Assembly (NCBI GenBank): GCA_016180085.1
Contig: JACPBX010000003.1
Span: 83,582 to 147,581 of the forward strand
Direction: 5' to 3'
DNA length: 64,000 bases
Source: Candidatus Woesearchaeota archaeon
GTDB lineage: Archaea > Nanobdellota > Nanobdellia > Woesearchaeales > UBA10216
In this document: piece after piece, positions 55,253 through 63,921 of the stretch
Layout of the letters: the number at the start of each line of letters is the position of its first letter
How positions within the stretch are numbered: the stretch's first letter is position 1
The notes under the pieces: generated by a model
Told to the model about the DNA's origin: nothing
Database searches by the model: none
What the model saw: only the letters and a program-made list of their open reading frames with translations
Position numbers and translations under genes: made by a program

Positions 55253-55828
55253 TTAAACGTGTTTATTTTTCCGAGTCATCGGTTCCTCAGTCAGGAAAAA
55301 CAGCGGAATAGTGTCGAGTATGAATATTGCGCCAAGGAGCAGGAATGCTATGCGGAATGGAATTACTCCTACAAAAAAGCCGCCGATGATGGTAAATACT
55401 GCTGAAAGCACTCCGATAATCATGACATACCTGCCAATGTCTGCTCCCCGGGAGACTTTCCGGGTAATGTCCGCAAGGAATGTCTGCTCAGCCACGCCGA
55501 ATATTGCTGTTATCAGGCCAATCAGCGCCTGAAGGACGTAAAGGTGCCACAGCTCCTGTATGAATACGTAGAGCAGCACAAGCAGGCCGGCAGCAATGCT
55601 TGAGAATACGAGCAGGGGTTTCCTTCCTATCCTGTCGGACGCCTTTCCGGCGTAGTAGGCGGCAACTGCGGTGAATATTCCCTGTATCGCGATTGATGTT
55701 GCGAACGCGCTATAGCCAAATTCAAAGAAGAAGACAAGAAAGAATGGTATGCTGAAGCCTCCCGATGCCGCTGAAATGGCATTGGCAATCGTCAGCAGGC
55801 GGTAGTTTCTCCTGTCATTCTTGCCCAT
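55253..55828 (-). CDS. Half-size (6-TM) MFS transporter
   Basis: MFS motif A GKASDRIGRK, LAD...RG motif, six TM segments then a stop. Confidence 0.75.
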   Translation of the reverse strand: MGKNDRRNYRLLTIANAISAASGGFSIPFFLVFFFEFGYSAFATSIAIQGIFTAVAAYYAGKASDRIGRKPLLVFSSIAAGLLVLLYVFIQELWHLYVLQALIGLITAIFGVAEQTFLADITRKVSRGADIGRYVMIIGVLSAVFTIIGGFFVGVIPFRIAFLLLGAIFILDTIPLFFLTEEPMTRKNKHV

Positions 55829-55863
55829 GAAGTATCATCCGGAGGAGTTCTTTATATTGGTTG

Positions 55864-56616
55864 CTACGCTGTTGTCTGTTTCAGGAAAGCCACTTCCTTT
55901 CTTCTTTGCTCCACGTCTAGAGGCGTTTCCAGGCACACGGGCTTGTTCGCCTTTTTCAGAATTCTCTTGACGAATTTGAGGTCTATGTCGCTGTTGAATA
56001 TTGTGGTGTGGTGCATGTTCGCAGCCAGTTTCACTCCGCTAAGCTGGAAATACTCCGGCCTGAGCCTCATGAGCTCTGCAATGTGGTCCCTGAAATCAAG
56101 CCCCAGCTGGTGTGCGGTTATTTTTGCGTGCTCAAAGTCCAGGCAGAATCCTATGCCGCTTTCTTCAATGACGCGCCTGAGCTGCTCGTAGCTGTAGCAT
56201 ATGTAGTGCTTGCCCTGGTCTATGTGAAACGTCCCTTTAGGAATGCTGTTTTCTATTAACAGCCTGCCGTAGCTTACGGTTTTTGCCAGCTTCGCTACTT
56301 TACTGAGGCCTTCTGCTATGGTTTCTTCGTCAGGATTGCCTTTTGCAAAGCCGCCATGCATTATCAGCAGCCTGGCCTTGAGCTTTCTTGCAGCTGTTAC
56401 TGCCAAGTCCAGCAGCTTTCTGCTTTTCTCCATGTTGACGAGCGGGCTGAAGCCGAATATCTCATGTGGCACATGTATGACATATTTGCGCTTCCTTCTC
56501 TGAAACTTTGAAATGCTGCTGGTGCTTGTGGGCAGCACTTCTATGAAGTCCGCAAAGTCAGCCTCATCAATGCAACTTACAGAATTCTTGCTCCACAGCT
56601 TTATACCTACTTCCAT
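55864..56616 (-). CDS. TIM-barrel metalloenzyme (xylose isomerase/AP endonuclease 2-like)
   Basis: IMHGG, LIEN, LDFEHA, CLET metal-ligand pattern. Confidence 0.65.
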   Translation of the reverse strand: MEVGIKLWSKNSVSCIDEADFADFIEVLPTSTSSISKFQRRKRKYVIHVPHEIFGFSPLVNMEKSRKLLDLAVTAARKLKARLLIMHGGFAKGNPDEETIAEGLSKVAKLAKTVSYGRLLIENSIPKGTFHIDQGKHYICYSYEQLRRVIEESGIGFCLDFEHAKITAHQLGLDFRDHIAELMRLRPEYFQLSGVKLAANMHHTTIFNSDIDLKFVKRILKKANKPVCLETPLDVEQRRKEVAFLKQTTA

Positions 56617-56685
56617 TCATTCACCTTTTTTACCACGCAAATAATATTTCCCGCAGCTAGTGTCGTTATAATTCCAATATCGCCT

Positions 56686-57072
56686 TCACTTTTTCAGCTG
56701 CGTTTTTTGATTGACCTTTTTAGAAAAAAGGTCATGTTGCTGTGCCCTTTCGAGCGCAGTCCTTCTGACAAGCTCTTCCAGTTTTTTCTGTGTTGTCCTT
56801 ACGACCTTGTATGTGTAGAATATGGCTGCTATCAGGAACATGAACCCCAGTATGATGAACAGGTCCAGCTTTCTCCCGAGCTCAAGCACTGCTATGACGG
56901 GGTCAAGCACTTGCGGAAAAAGGGAAACCGCGCTGAACGCCAGCGCAAACAGGCTCCAGAATGCCCACTCATTGAATGTGAACTCCTTCTTCTTCCACTG
57001 CAGGAACGTCATGTATAGCATGAACGCCCCAAACACAATCCCGAAGACCTGTATGCCAAGAGCCATGTGCAA
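56686..57072 (-). CDS. DUF2304-like membrane protein
   Basis: Three TM segments, LELGRKLD and tail KLEELVRRTAL; lies directly downstream of a GT2. Confidence 0.7.
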   Translation of the reverse strand: MHMALGIQVFGIVFGAFMLYMTFLQWKKKEFTFNEWAFWSLFALAFSAVSLFPQVLDPVIAVLELGRKLDLFIILGFMFLIAAIFYTYKVVRTTQKKLEELVRRTALERAQQHDLFSKKVNQKTQLKK

Positions 57073-57146
57073 TGATCGCTTTTTCCTGCTGGTTTAAATG
57101 TTTTTCTGTGGTTTTTCCGGATACGATTGTAATTGCAGCCGCAGCG

Positions 57147-57836
57147 TTACCTCGCCATCCTCCACCACAGCATTTTCAGCACAATGTTTATTCCGTCAAA
57201 GACTGTTGTGCCCTTGTACCTGTCTGAATAAAAGGTTCTTATAGGCAGCTGCGTGAATCTGAGCCTGTACTTGCCTGTTTTCGCGACTATTTCTGATTCT
57301 ATGCTGTAGTCGTTTGACATGAGATTCAGCTTTTCGTATGCTTGCCTTGTCATTGCCTTGTAGCCGCACTGGGTGTCTATCACGTTTATGTGAAACAGCA
57401 GCTTCATGGCAGCATCTATGAACCAGTTGCCAACCTTCTTCACAATTGGCATGTGCTGGCTTCTCCTGTCTCTGTAGGTGAACACGATGTCGTTGCCTTT
57501 CAGCGCCTCAATGATTCCTGGCAGGTCTTCCGGGTCGTGCTGGCCGTCGCTGTCCATGTAGACAATCACATCAGCTCCCTTGTCGTGCGCATACTGCGAG
57601 CCGGTCCTCAGCGCAGCGCCCTTTCCCAGGTTGATTATGTGCCTCAGCACAGTTACGCCCTGCTTTGCAGCCTCTGCTGCTGTCGCGTCTTTTGAGCCGT
57701 CATCAACAACTATTATCCTTTTGCCGCCAACAATTTTTTTGGCTCGCTCCAGAACCGCCCTTATGTTTTTCCCCTCATTGTAAGCCGGCATTATGGCGTA
57801 GAAGTCCATTTTTGAATTAGTTTTTGCAGCTGCCAT
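57147..57836 (-). CDS. GT2 glycosyltransferase (DPM1-like)
   Basis: MPAYNE, DDGSKD, NLGKGAA, DSDGQH, DTQCGYK. Confidence 0.9.
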   Translation of the reverse strand: MAAAKTNSKMDFYAIMPAYNEGKNIRAVLERAKKIVGGKRIIVVDDGSKDATAAEAAKQGVTVLRHIINLGKGAALRTGSQYAHDKGADVIVYMDSDGQHDPEDLPGIIEALKGNDIVFTYRDRRSQHMPIVKKVGNWFIDAAMKLLFHINVIDTQCGYKAMTRQAYEKLNLMSNDYSIESEIVAKTGKYRLRFTQLPIRTFYSDRYKGTTVFDGINIVLKMLWWRMAR

Positions 57837-57867
57837 TTTGACCTTTTGCAGATCTTGCAGGTCATGT

Positions 57868-60800
57868 TTATCCGAGCGTATCCCACTGGGCTTTGTAAAC
57901 GTACACGTTTGTGCCTGTCAGGCCCCGCTGGTGCGTGAGCGGCTTGAAGTGCCTGAGCCCCCTGCCTTCCATAAAGAACATTCTGGTGAACATGCCGGCA
58001 GCCTGCTCTGGGCTTGCAACGGCTGCGTAGTAGCCTGCATAGATGTTGCCATCCCATTGGCCCTGCGGAACCAGTATTACCGACAGCTGCTGCGGGACAG
58101 TGTCGTTCGCGTATATTCTCTCAACAATCTCTTCTGTTCCTGTCTGGTTCGTCATGTATACAAATGAGACGGGATGCAAAGCATTCCCTTCCTGTGTAGG
58201 GAAGTAGGCGTCGTTTGCAGTAAGGTTTACTATCAGGCCATTGTTGCATCTTACAAGCTTCTCCTGCTCGTTTTCCGAGCTTACGAGTATTGAGCATCCG
58301 CTTATTTCGCCGGAGAAGCTGGGCCATGGCGCTATCCAGCTGTTCGCCTCGCGGTCATCCTTTACCCGTGCCATATCACTGTAAACTGCTCTGGCTTTTT
58401 CTTCGGAATAGTTGAACATTTCCTCCATCGCGGCAACAGCCTCTTTCTGGCTCTTTCCCCTGAGCGTTTGCCATATTATGCCCTTCTCAAAGTCCCAGCT
58501 TCCGAAGTGGCCCCACACTCCGGATTTGCCTATCATGTCCTCTGATGCGATAACGTAAGCTTCCGGTGGGTTGCAATGCGTGTATCTGGTAACGTTTGCT
58601 GCTTGCTCTGCATTGAGGCCGTATTCCTGCATAAGTATCCTGTCAGCTTCGTTTTTTGATGTTGTTTGTGTCATCCTGTGCAGTATCTTTGTGGAATTGG
58701 GATAGTCGTTCTTGACGCTGTTTAGTGCGTCAAATGCCGTGTTGCTTCCGCAGTCAAGCATTCTTAGTATGCCTGCAGCTTCTGTCTCACTGCTTGTCAT
58801 GAAGAACTTCCCTACCCAGTGCGCCTGCTGCCCCAGCTGGGTTGTGCCATCAAATGTCACCCTCCTGTCTGTGATGGCCTTGAAGTGGTGCCCGAAGTCC
58901 CACCAGGAGGTTATTATTGCGTCTTTTGTTGTGCTGTTGGAGTCCTCCTTTATTGCGGTGAGTGCGTTATACCATGCGTCGTTCATTATTGGGACGTCGT
59001 TCCTGGCTATGTTGTATGCGCCTTTTATTGTGTCTGTTGAGTACGTTGCCATTGCCAGGACTGCAAATATTGTTGCTGCCGTGGCTATCTTGTTTATTTT
59101 CAGGAAGTTTTCGTTTGCCCACATTGCCGCCTTGAATATGAACCCCAGCGTAATTCCGAAGCCGAGCCCTACCATTGGGGCTAGCAGCAGCACAAACCTT
59201 ATTCCCTTTGTTGATGCGTAAATTGTTCCCACGAACCATACTGCAACGAGGGTCGCGAAGAATATCGAGTAAAGGGCATTTTCCTCCTTTGGCTGGAAGT
59301 GCTGCCTGAGCTTCTGGCTTGTTTGGTTTCTCATAAACGGCAGAAGGAAATGTATGGCTGCGAGAGCAATTAGCAGTGCTGCGCTTAGGGCCGAGAGCCA
59401 GAATATTCCTGGTTTTATCTGGCTTATGGTCTGCTGGAGGCTTCCTTCATTCAGCTCTGCCACTGTCGTGAGAACATTTGGCCAGTAAGAACTGCCAAGC
59501 ACTGCAGATTTCAGCTTGGCTACGCCGAATATGTTACTTAATAGTTGAAGGATTGTGTCAAAGTTCCTCAATATGCTGACAAAGAATGTTGTCGCTAGCA
59601 TGAATACGGCTGTTGGCACTGTGACAAGTTTTCCTACTGTGCCTGTTGTGGCAGCTTTTACCCCATCAATTGCTGCCGAGGCTGCGCCGCGACCTTTCAT
59701 CAGTGAGGAAATGAAACTGTTCAGTGCGCCTGCCGCAACTGTGGCTGCTGAGGCCATTATTATGAATATCAGTATGAACCACCACCCGCCCCAGCCTATG
59801 CTGAATACTGCAGCAGCCAGCCCTGCGAGCGCTGCAAGCGCAAGCCTCTTTACTGTCTTATTTGCGTAGATTGCCTCTATGAACAGCCATAGCGTGAGTA
59901 TCGCAAAAAGCATGACTGCTGCGTCGTTGTCGCCGTGTATTGTCCTGTTGACGAAAGCTGCGTGGAGCCCTGCCATTAGCGAGCCGAAGAATCCTGCCAC
60001 GTTGCCCGCTATCTTTCTGCCTATCAGGAATATGAGCAGCACGATAATGGCCGATAGCAGCGCAGGGTAGACATTTGTTTGCACTTCAAACAGCGTTGCC
60101 GAGTGGTTGAAGAACCTCACGGTCTTGTACAGGTAAGCGATGAAGTAGGGGAAGAAAGTGTCTACAGCATAGATTGGTCTCCCAAGAGGGGCAAGCTGGC
60201 GGTTATCCCACTCCACGCCATTCTTTACTTCGTCTCCAATATGGCCTGTCTCTACAATGTTTTTCGCGTAGCGGTACCAGTAGTACGGGTCTATGTCCGG
60301 GCTGTATGGCCTGCCGTTTTCGTCTTTGTAGAAGTCTTTTATGAATTCTGCTGTTGATTTGACCTGGTCCTTGATGTTTATTATCTGGCCTGTGTACTGG
60401 CCTGTTTTGAAGGTGTACGTTTTGCTTTTTCTGGCTTTGGCCACCTCATCGCTGAGTATCTGGTTTTTTCTCGCTTCCGGAAGGTTCGGGTATTGCTGGC
60501 TTATGGCGCTGCTTATGTCACTTTGGATTGTGCCAGAGACAGAATTCTGGGCCCATTCGTAAGTGAATGGCAGCCCTGCAACCTGCGTTCTCACGTTTGC
60601 AGTGATGCCCATGGCTATCAGAATGCCTGTTATCAGGAGTATCAGCGTTCCCCTCTTTTTGAGAAACTCGACTATGGCTTGCGGGTTGACAGAAACATCC
60701 TCGCTTTCACCAGCTTCTTTTTCCTTTTTTTTTCCCGCTTCTGTTTTAGATTCCTTCATGCCTTTGAATATGCCCTTTATGCCTGAAACAAACTTGCTGA

Positions 60801-61140
60801 CATCTATCTCTGATTCATCATCCTTTGCAGTTTTTGTATCGTGGCGCCATTCGTGATGAGGCCTGTGTTCATTTTCGTGGCCATGCTCTACCTTGTGCTC
60901 AGCTTTGTGCTCAGTTTTTGGTTCTTCCTTTTCAGCATCGGCAGAACCGATGCGCAGAGGCGCCTTCGCCGCCTCTGTTTCTTCTGCCTTTTGCTTGAAG
61001 AATGAGAAGACCCTGCCAAAATCAAAGTTTATCTCTATGTCCTTTTCTTCTTTCTCTTCAGGGTGGGCGTCCTTTACTACCTCTATGCCCTCCCCGAAGC
61101 CCTTCTCTTTTGCGTGCCCGTCTTTTCTGTCTTCAGCCAT
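57868..61140 (-). CDS. aglB: Oligosaccharyltransferase AglB (STT3)
   Basis: DIDPYYW, GDND, TVAE (TIXE-type), WWDFG, and MIGKSGVW at the DK/MI motif position. Confidence 0.95.
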   Translation of the reverse strand: MAEDRKDGHAKEKGFGEGIEVVKDAHPEEKEEKDIEINFDFGRVFSFFKQKAEETEAAKAPLRIGSADAEKEEPKTEHKAEHKVEHGHENEHRPHHEWRHDTKTAKDDESEIDVSKFVSGIKGIFKGMKESKTEAGKKKEKEAGESEDVSVNPQAIVEFLKKRGTLILLITGILIAMGITANVRTQVAGLPFTYEWAQNSVSGTIQSDISSAISQQYPNLPEARKNQILSDEVAKARKSKTYTFKTGQYTGQIINIKDQVKSTAEFIKDFYKDENGRPYSPDIDPYYWYRYAKNIVETGHIGDEVKNGVEWDNRQLAPLGRPIYAVDTFFPYFIAYLYKTVRFFNHSATLFEVQTNVYPALLSAIIVLLIFLIGRKIAGNVAGFFGSLMAGLHAAFVNRTIHGDNDAAVMLFAILTLWLFIEAIYANKTVKRLALAALAGLAAAVFSIGWGGWWFILIFIIMASAATVAAGALNSFISSLMKGRGAASAAIDGVKAATTGTVGKLVTVPTAVFMLATTFFVSILRNFDTILQLLSNIFGVAKLKSAVLGSSYWPNVLTTVAELNEGSLQQTISQIKPGIFWLSALSAALLIALAAIHFLLPFMRNQTSQKLRQHFQPKEENALYSIFFATLVAVWFVGTIYASTKGIRFVLLLAPMVGLGFGITLGFIFKAAMWANENFLKINKIATAATIFAVLAMATYSTDTIKGAYNIARNDVPIMNDAWYNALTAIKEDSNSTTKDAIITSWWDFGHHFKAITDRRVTFDGTTQLGQQAHWVGKFFMTSSETEAAGILRMLDCGSNTAFDALNSVKNDYPNSTKILHRMTQTTSKNEADRILMQEYGLNAEQAANVTRYTHCNPPEAYVIASEDMIGKSGVWGHFGSWDFEKGIIWQTLRGKSQKEAVAAMEEMFNYSEEKARAVYSDMARVKDDREANSWIAPWPSFSGEISGCSILVSSENEQEKLVRCNNGLIVNLTANDAYFPTQEGNALHPVSFVYMTNQTGTEEIVERIYANDTVPQQLSVILVPQGQWDGNIYAGYYAAVASPEQAAGMFTRMFFMEGRGLRHFKPLTHQRGLTGTNVYVYKAQWDTLG

Positions 61141-61222
61141 GAATCTGCCCCGTCAACCCAGGTGATGCCAGCTACTGCGGAAATTCAGGGCGTATTTAAA
61201 TGTGTTGTGGAATTCGCACGGG

Positions 61223-61561
61223 CTAAATTACACTAATTGAGAATTTATCTTCCCCTTCAACGTTCCACTCAACCTTTCGTCCTTCCTTGATGTGATAGAT
61301 CTCCTTTAAAACCTGAGGCATGGTGATTACTGCGCTTTTGCCAACCCTTCTCAGCTTGACTGTCAGTTCCCTGTTTTTTCTGGCACGGTCAATCTCTAGT
61401 GCGCGCTGTGCGTCTACTGGGTTGATTAGCTCTTCGCCGCATTTTCTGCATTTCCAAGCCCTCACCTTTATGCCTTTCCAGACCAGTTGCGTTTCCAGGG
61501 CGTTTTCACCGCATTCGCATACCAGTCTTAGGTTGCCCAGCCTTGCTTCCTCCATTTTCAT
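61223..61561 (-). CDS. Zn-ribbon (YgiT/MqsA-like) + AbrB/MazE-type DNA-binding protein; putative antitoxin
   Basis: CECG...CRKCGE, then KLRRVGKSAVITMPQ...IKEGRKV. Confidence 0.7.
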   Translation of the reverse strand: MKMEEARLGNLRLVCECGENALETQLVWKGIKVRAWKCRKCGEELINPVDAQRALEIDRARKNRELTVKLRRVGKSAVITMPQVLKEIYHIKEGRKVEWNVEGEDKFSISVI

Positions 61562-61567
61562 CTCCCT

Positions 61568-61855
61568 TCACCACTCCTCGTCGTGTAAGCCAAACCTGCC
61601 TTTCTTTTCCGTAAACTCTCCAACATGGATTATCTTACAGTAGCTGCCCACATCCGCAACTACGACTTTGACAATCTTTCCGCTTCTCCTTATGCCACGC
61701 TCTGCAATATTGCGTTTTCTTTTGCTTCTCGCACAATCAAACCCTTCTTCCAGTATCTCTTTCACTTTATGCATATCAACATCATGATGACTCATCTCGT
61801 CCAAAGCCTTCTTTGTAGGAATCAATGTCTTGCCTTTCCACTCGAACAAAAACAT
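61568..61855 (-). CDS. Small basic protein, putative RelE/DUF4258-like toxin
   Basis: PTKKALDEM...VKEILEEG...KVVVAD...IIHVG; first gene of a two-gene operon. Confidence 0.55.
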   Translation of the reverse strand: MFLFEWKGKTLIPTKKALDEMSHHDVDMHKVKEILEEGFDCARSKRKRNIAERGIRRSGKIVKVVVADVGSYCKIIHVGEFTEKKGRFGLHDEEW

Positions 61856-61881
61856 CCCTTACCACTTCAGCCATATTTGAG

Positions 61882-61898
61882 ATATATCGTTGATATAT
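61882..61898. promoter_or_regulatory. Palindromic operator candidate overlapping the TA-pair promoter
   Basis: ATATATC-GTT-GATATAT, next to the minus-strand TTTAAATATATA TATA-like box. Confidence 0.5.
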
Positions 61899-62069
61899 AT
61901 TTAAATTTTTCTATGCTTAAACCTTCTTCTGTTGTTTTTCGGGTTGATAAGCCTATGCCCGATATTCGAGAAATAATTCCGGTGCAAATGGAATTTTTGC
62001 CGGAGCAGCCGAATAAATTTCACAAAATTTCAAGAATGGCGAATAATTTACGGCTTAATTGAAATAACT

Positions 62070-63218
62070 TTAGAACCACGCTTTCTTTGCGAACAGCAGC
62101 AGCTTTGGTTCCCTCATTAAAAGCTTTAGCGCGAACCTTGACGGCTGGTCGCGGTCGTAGCTTTCCAGCACAGTTCTGTTCTTTTCCTTGGCGAAAGTCT
62201 CAACAAGCCTGTTGTAATCCTCATTGCTGAACCTTTCCATTGCCTTCCTCATGAGCAAAGAAAGATACAGGTCCATCCCCATTCGCTTCTTCCATAGCTT
62301 TTCATAATCGGTGTTTTTCGTTATCGCCTCTGCTGCAGCCTCTGCCCCGATCAGGCTTTGGTTTATCCCTCCCAGAGTGGGGGCTTTTACCATTGTTGCC
62401 GCATCCCCGACAAGCAGAACCCTGCCGTCCTTCGTTTTTGACTTCAGCCCTGGGTCGTACAGCGGTATTGGCCCGGCCTGCCTGCCGATTATCTTTTTCT
62501 CGTAATCCTTGCCGGCAACAGCTGTCAGGAACCACCTGAAGTATTGGTTTGCTTCTTTTTTAGCGGCAATCCCCACCCTTGCGACCTTCTCGTTTTCGGG
62601 CACAACCCAGGCTATGCCTTCCTCGCTAGGGTAAAAGTCAATCACGTTATCGTTTTCAACCGGCATGGTAACCTGCAGCCCGACGTAGAACTGCCTGTTC
62701 CCAAACAATCCTGCGGATTTTGCAACCGCGCTTATGGGCCCGTCAGCCCCAATGAGATAATCGGTTTCAATTTTTCTGATTTCGTTTTTTATTTTGTCTT
62801 TCACATCAACCATTATTTTTTTACCGCTTTTTCCCCCGCTGCCGCTGTTGGCATATTCAAAGCTTTCAAACCTGTGATTCGTGAAGTATTTTGCTCCCGC
62901 ATCCTGCGCCACCCCAGTAATGTGCCTGTCAAACCCCGCCCTGTCTATTATTATGTCGTTCTTCAGCCTGACCTCAACAAATTCCTTGTTGGGAGCGATT
63001 ATTCTCGCCTTTGCAATTCTGTTAACGATGAGTTCCCTTGGCAGCTGCAGCCGCTGCGAAAGGACATCGCCTGTTATGACTCCTGTGCAGGCCACCGGTT
63101 CCCCTATTGTTCCGTGCTCCTCAAACACATGCACGTCCATTCCTGATTTGGCAAGAAGGTAAGCCGAAAATCCGCCAGCAGGCCCTGCACCAGCAATTGC
63201 TATTTTTTTGCTTTCCAT
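62070..63218 (-). CDS. Geranylgeranyl reductase family FAD oxidoreductase
   Basis: GAGPAGG, PVAC, IDRAGFD, LIGADG, WVVP, VGDAA...PTLGGI. Confidence 0.85.
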   Translation of the reverse strand: MESKKIAIAGAGPAGGFSAYLLAKSGMDVHVFEEHGTIGEPVACTGVITGDVLSQRLQLPRELIVNRIAKARIIAPNKEFVEVRLKNDIIIDRAGFDRHITGVAQDAGAKYFTNHRFESFEYANSGSGGKSGKKIMVDVKDKIKNEIRKIETDYLIGADGPISAVAKSAGLFGNRQFYVGLQVTMPVENDNVIDFYPSEEGIAWVVPENEKVARVGIAAKKEANQYFRWFLTAVAGKDYEKKIIGRQAGPIPLYDPGLKSKTKDGRVLLVGDAATMVKAPTLGGINQSLIGAEAAAEAITKNTDYEKLWKKRMGMDLYLSLLMRKAMERFSNEDYNRLVETFAKEKNRTVLESYDRDQPSRFALKLLMREPKLLLFAKKAWF

Positions 63219-63407
63219 ACTTCCATCTCAGCTGCTGCCATGCACTGCATACAGTTTTTAATTGTTGCTGCATTTGTTGCCGCATCTGTTGCTGCAGCGA
63301 TTACGGCTTATCGTGTTTCTATTTTAAAGTAGCGTCACTTCCAAAAACTTTAAATAATAGGTCATCCTTCATCGTTTTTAACAGCGGTGGCTGGGGGGTT
63401 TCAAAAA

Positions 63408-63770
63408 ATGGCGTCGTTCAGGCTTTTCTTCATTTCAGTTGTTCTTCTTGTTGCTATCATCTCGGTCTCGGCGAATGCTGCGGCAGCAGAAAAAGCAGTC
63501 AAAATCACCAAGGTTTCGGCAGTCCAGAACTCCGAAGCGCTTGTTACTGTGAGCCTTGACTCGCAAAGGAAAAACACAGATTCAAAGGTTACTGTTTCTG
63601 TTCCTGAGCTTGGGTTGAGGGCCAGCCGCAATGTTGACTTTGCCAGGGCAAACAAAAAGACAGTCCACCTTGAGATTCCCTCACCAGGCATGTTCGACCC
63701 TTTCGTCAGGATAGTCTTTAGCAGCGACGGTGGCAGGAGGGTCAAGCACAGGCCGTTAATCCTGCAATGA
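63408..63770 (+). CDS. Secreted hypothetical protein (signal peptide + beta-rich Ig-like domain)
   Basis: Hydrophobic h-region ending ANA-AAA, then alternating beta-strand pattern. Confidence 0.65.
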   Translation: MASFRLFFISVVLLVAIISVSANAAAAEKAVKITKVSAVQNSEALVTVSLDSQRKNTDSKVTVSVPELGLRASRNVDFARANKKTVHLEIPSPGMFDPFVRIVFSSDGGRRVKHRPLILQ

Positions 63771-63826
63771 TTTGACACCACTATATAATAGATAACAAAA
63801 GTAACTACTCTTATATGCTAAAATAG

Positions 63827-63841
63827 CGAAATGTTTATATA
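63827..63841 (+). promoter_or_regulatory. Archaeal BRE/TATA promoter
   Basis: CGAAATG-TTTATATA. Confidence 0.65.
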
Positions 63842-63921
63842 GAAGCTTCGTTTATCGGAGAATGCATAATGCATAATTTTGTGCTAATTCAGTAGGAAAT
63901 AACAGTTGGGGTGGTTTGAAA

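Noticed and set aside
61625-62062. 145-aa plus-strand ORF
   Set aside because: Overlaps the toxin-like gene and its promoter on the opposite strand; no motifs or RBS.
63262-63297. Three tandem 12-mers (TTGTTGCTGCAT-like) in the reductase leader
   Set aside because: No spacers, so not CRISPR. Short and degenerate, and GCAGC-rich tracts are common in this genome's leaders.
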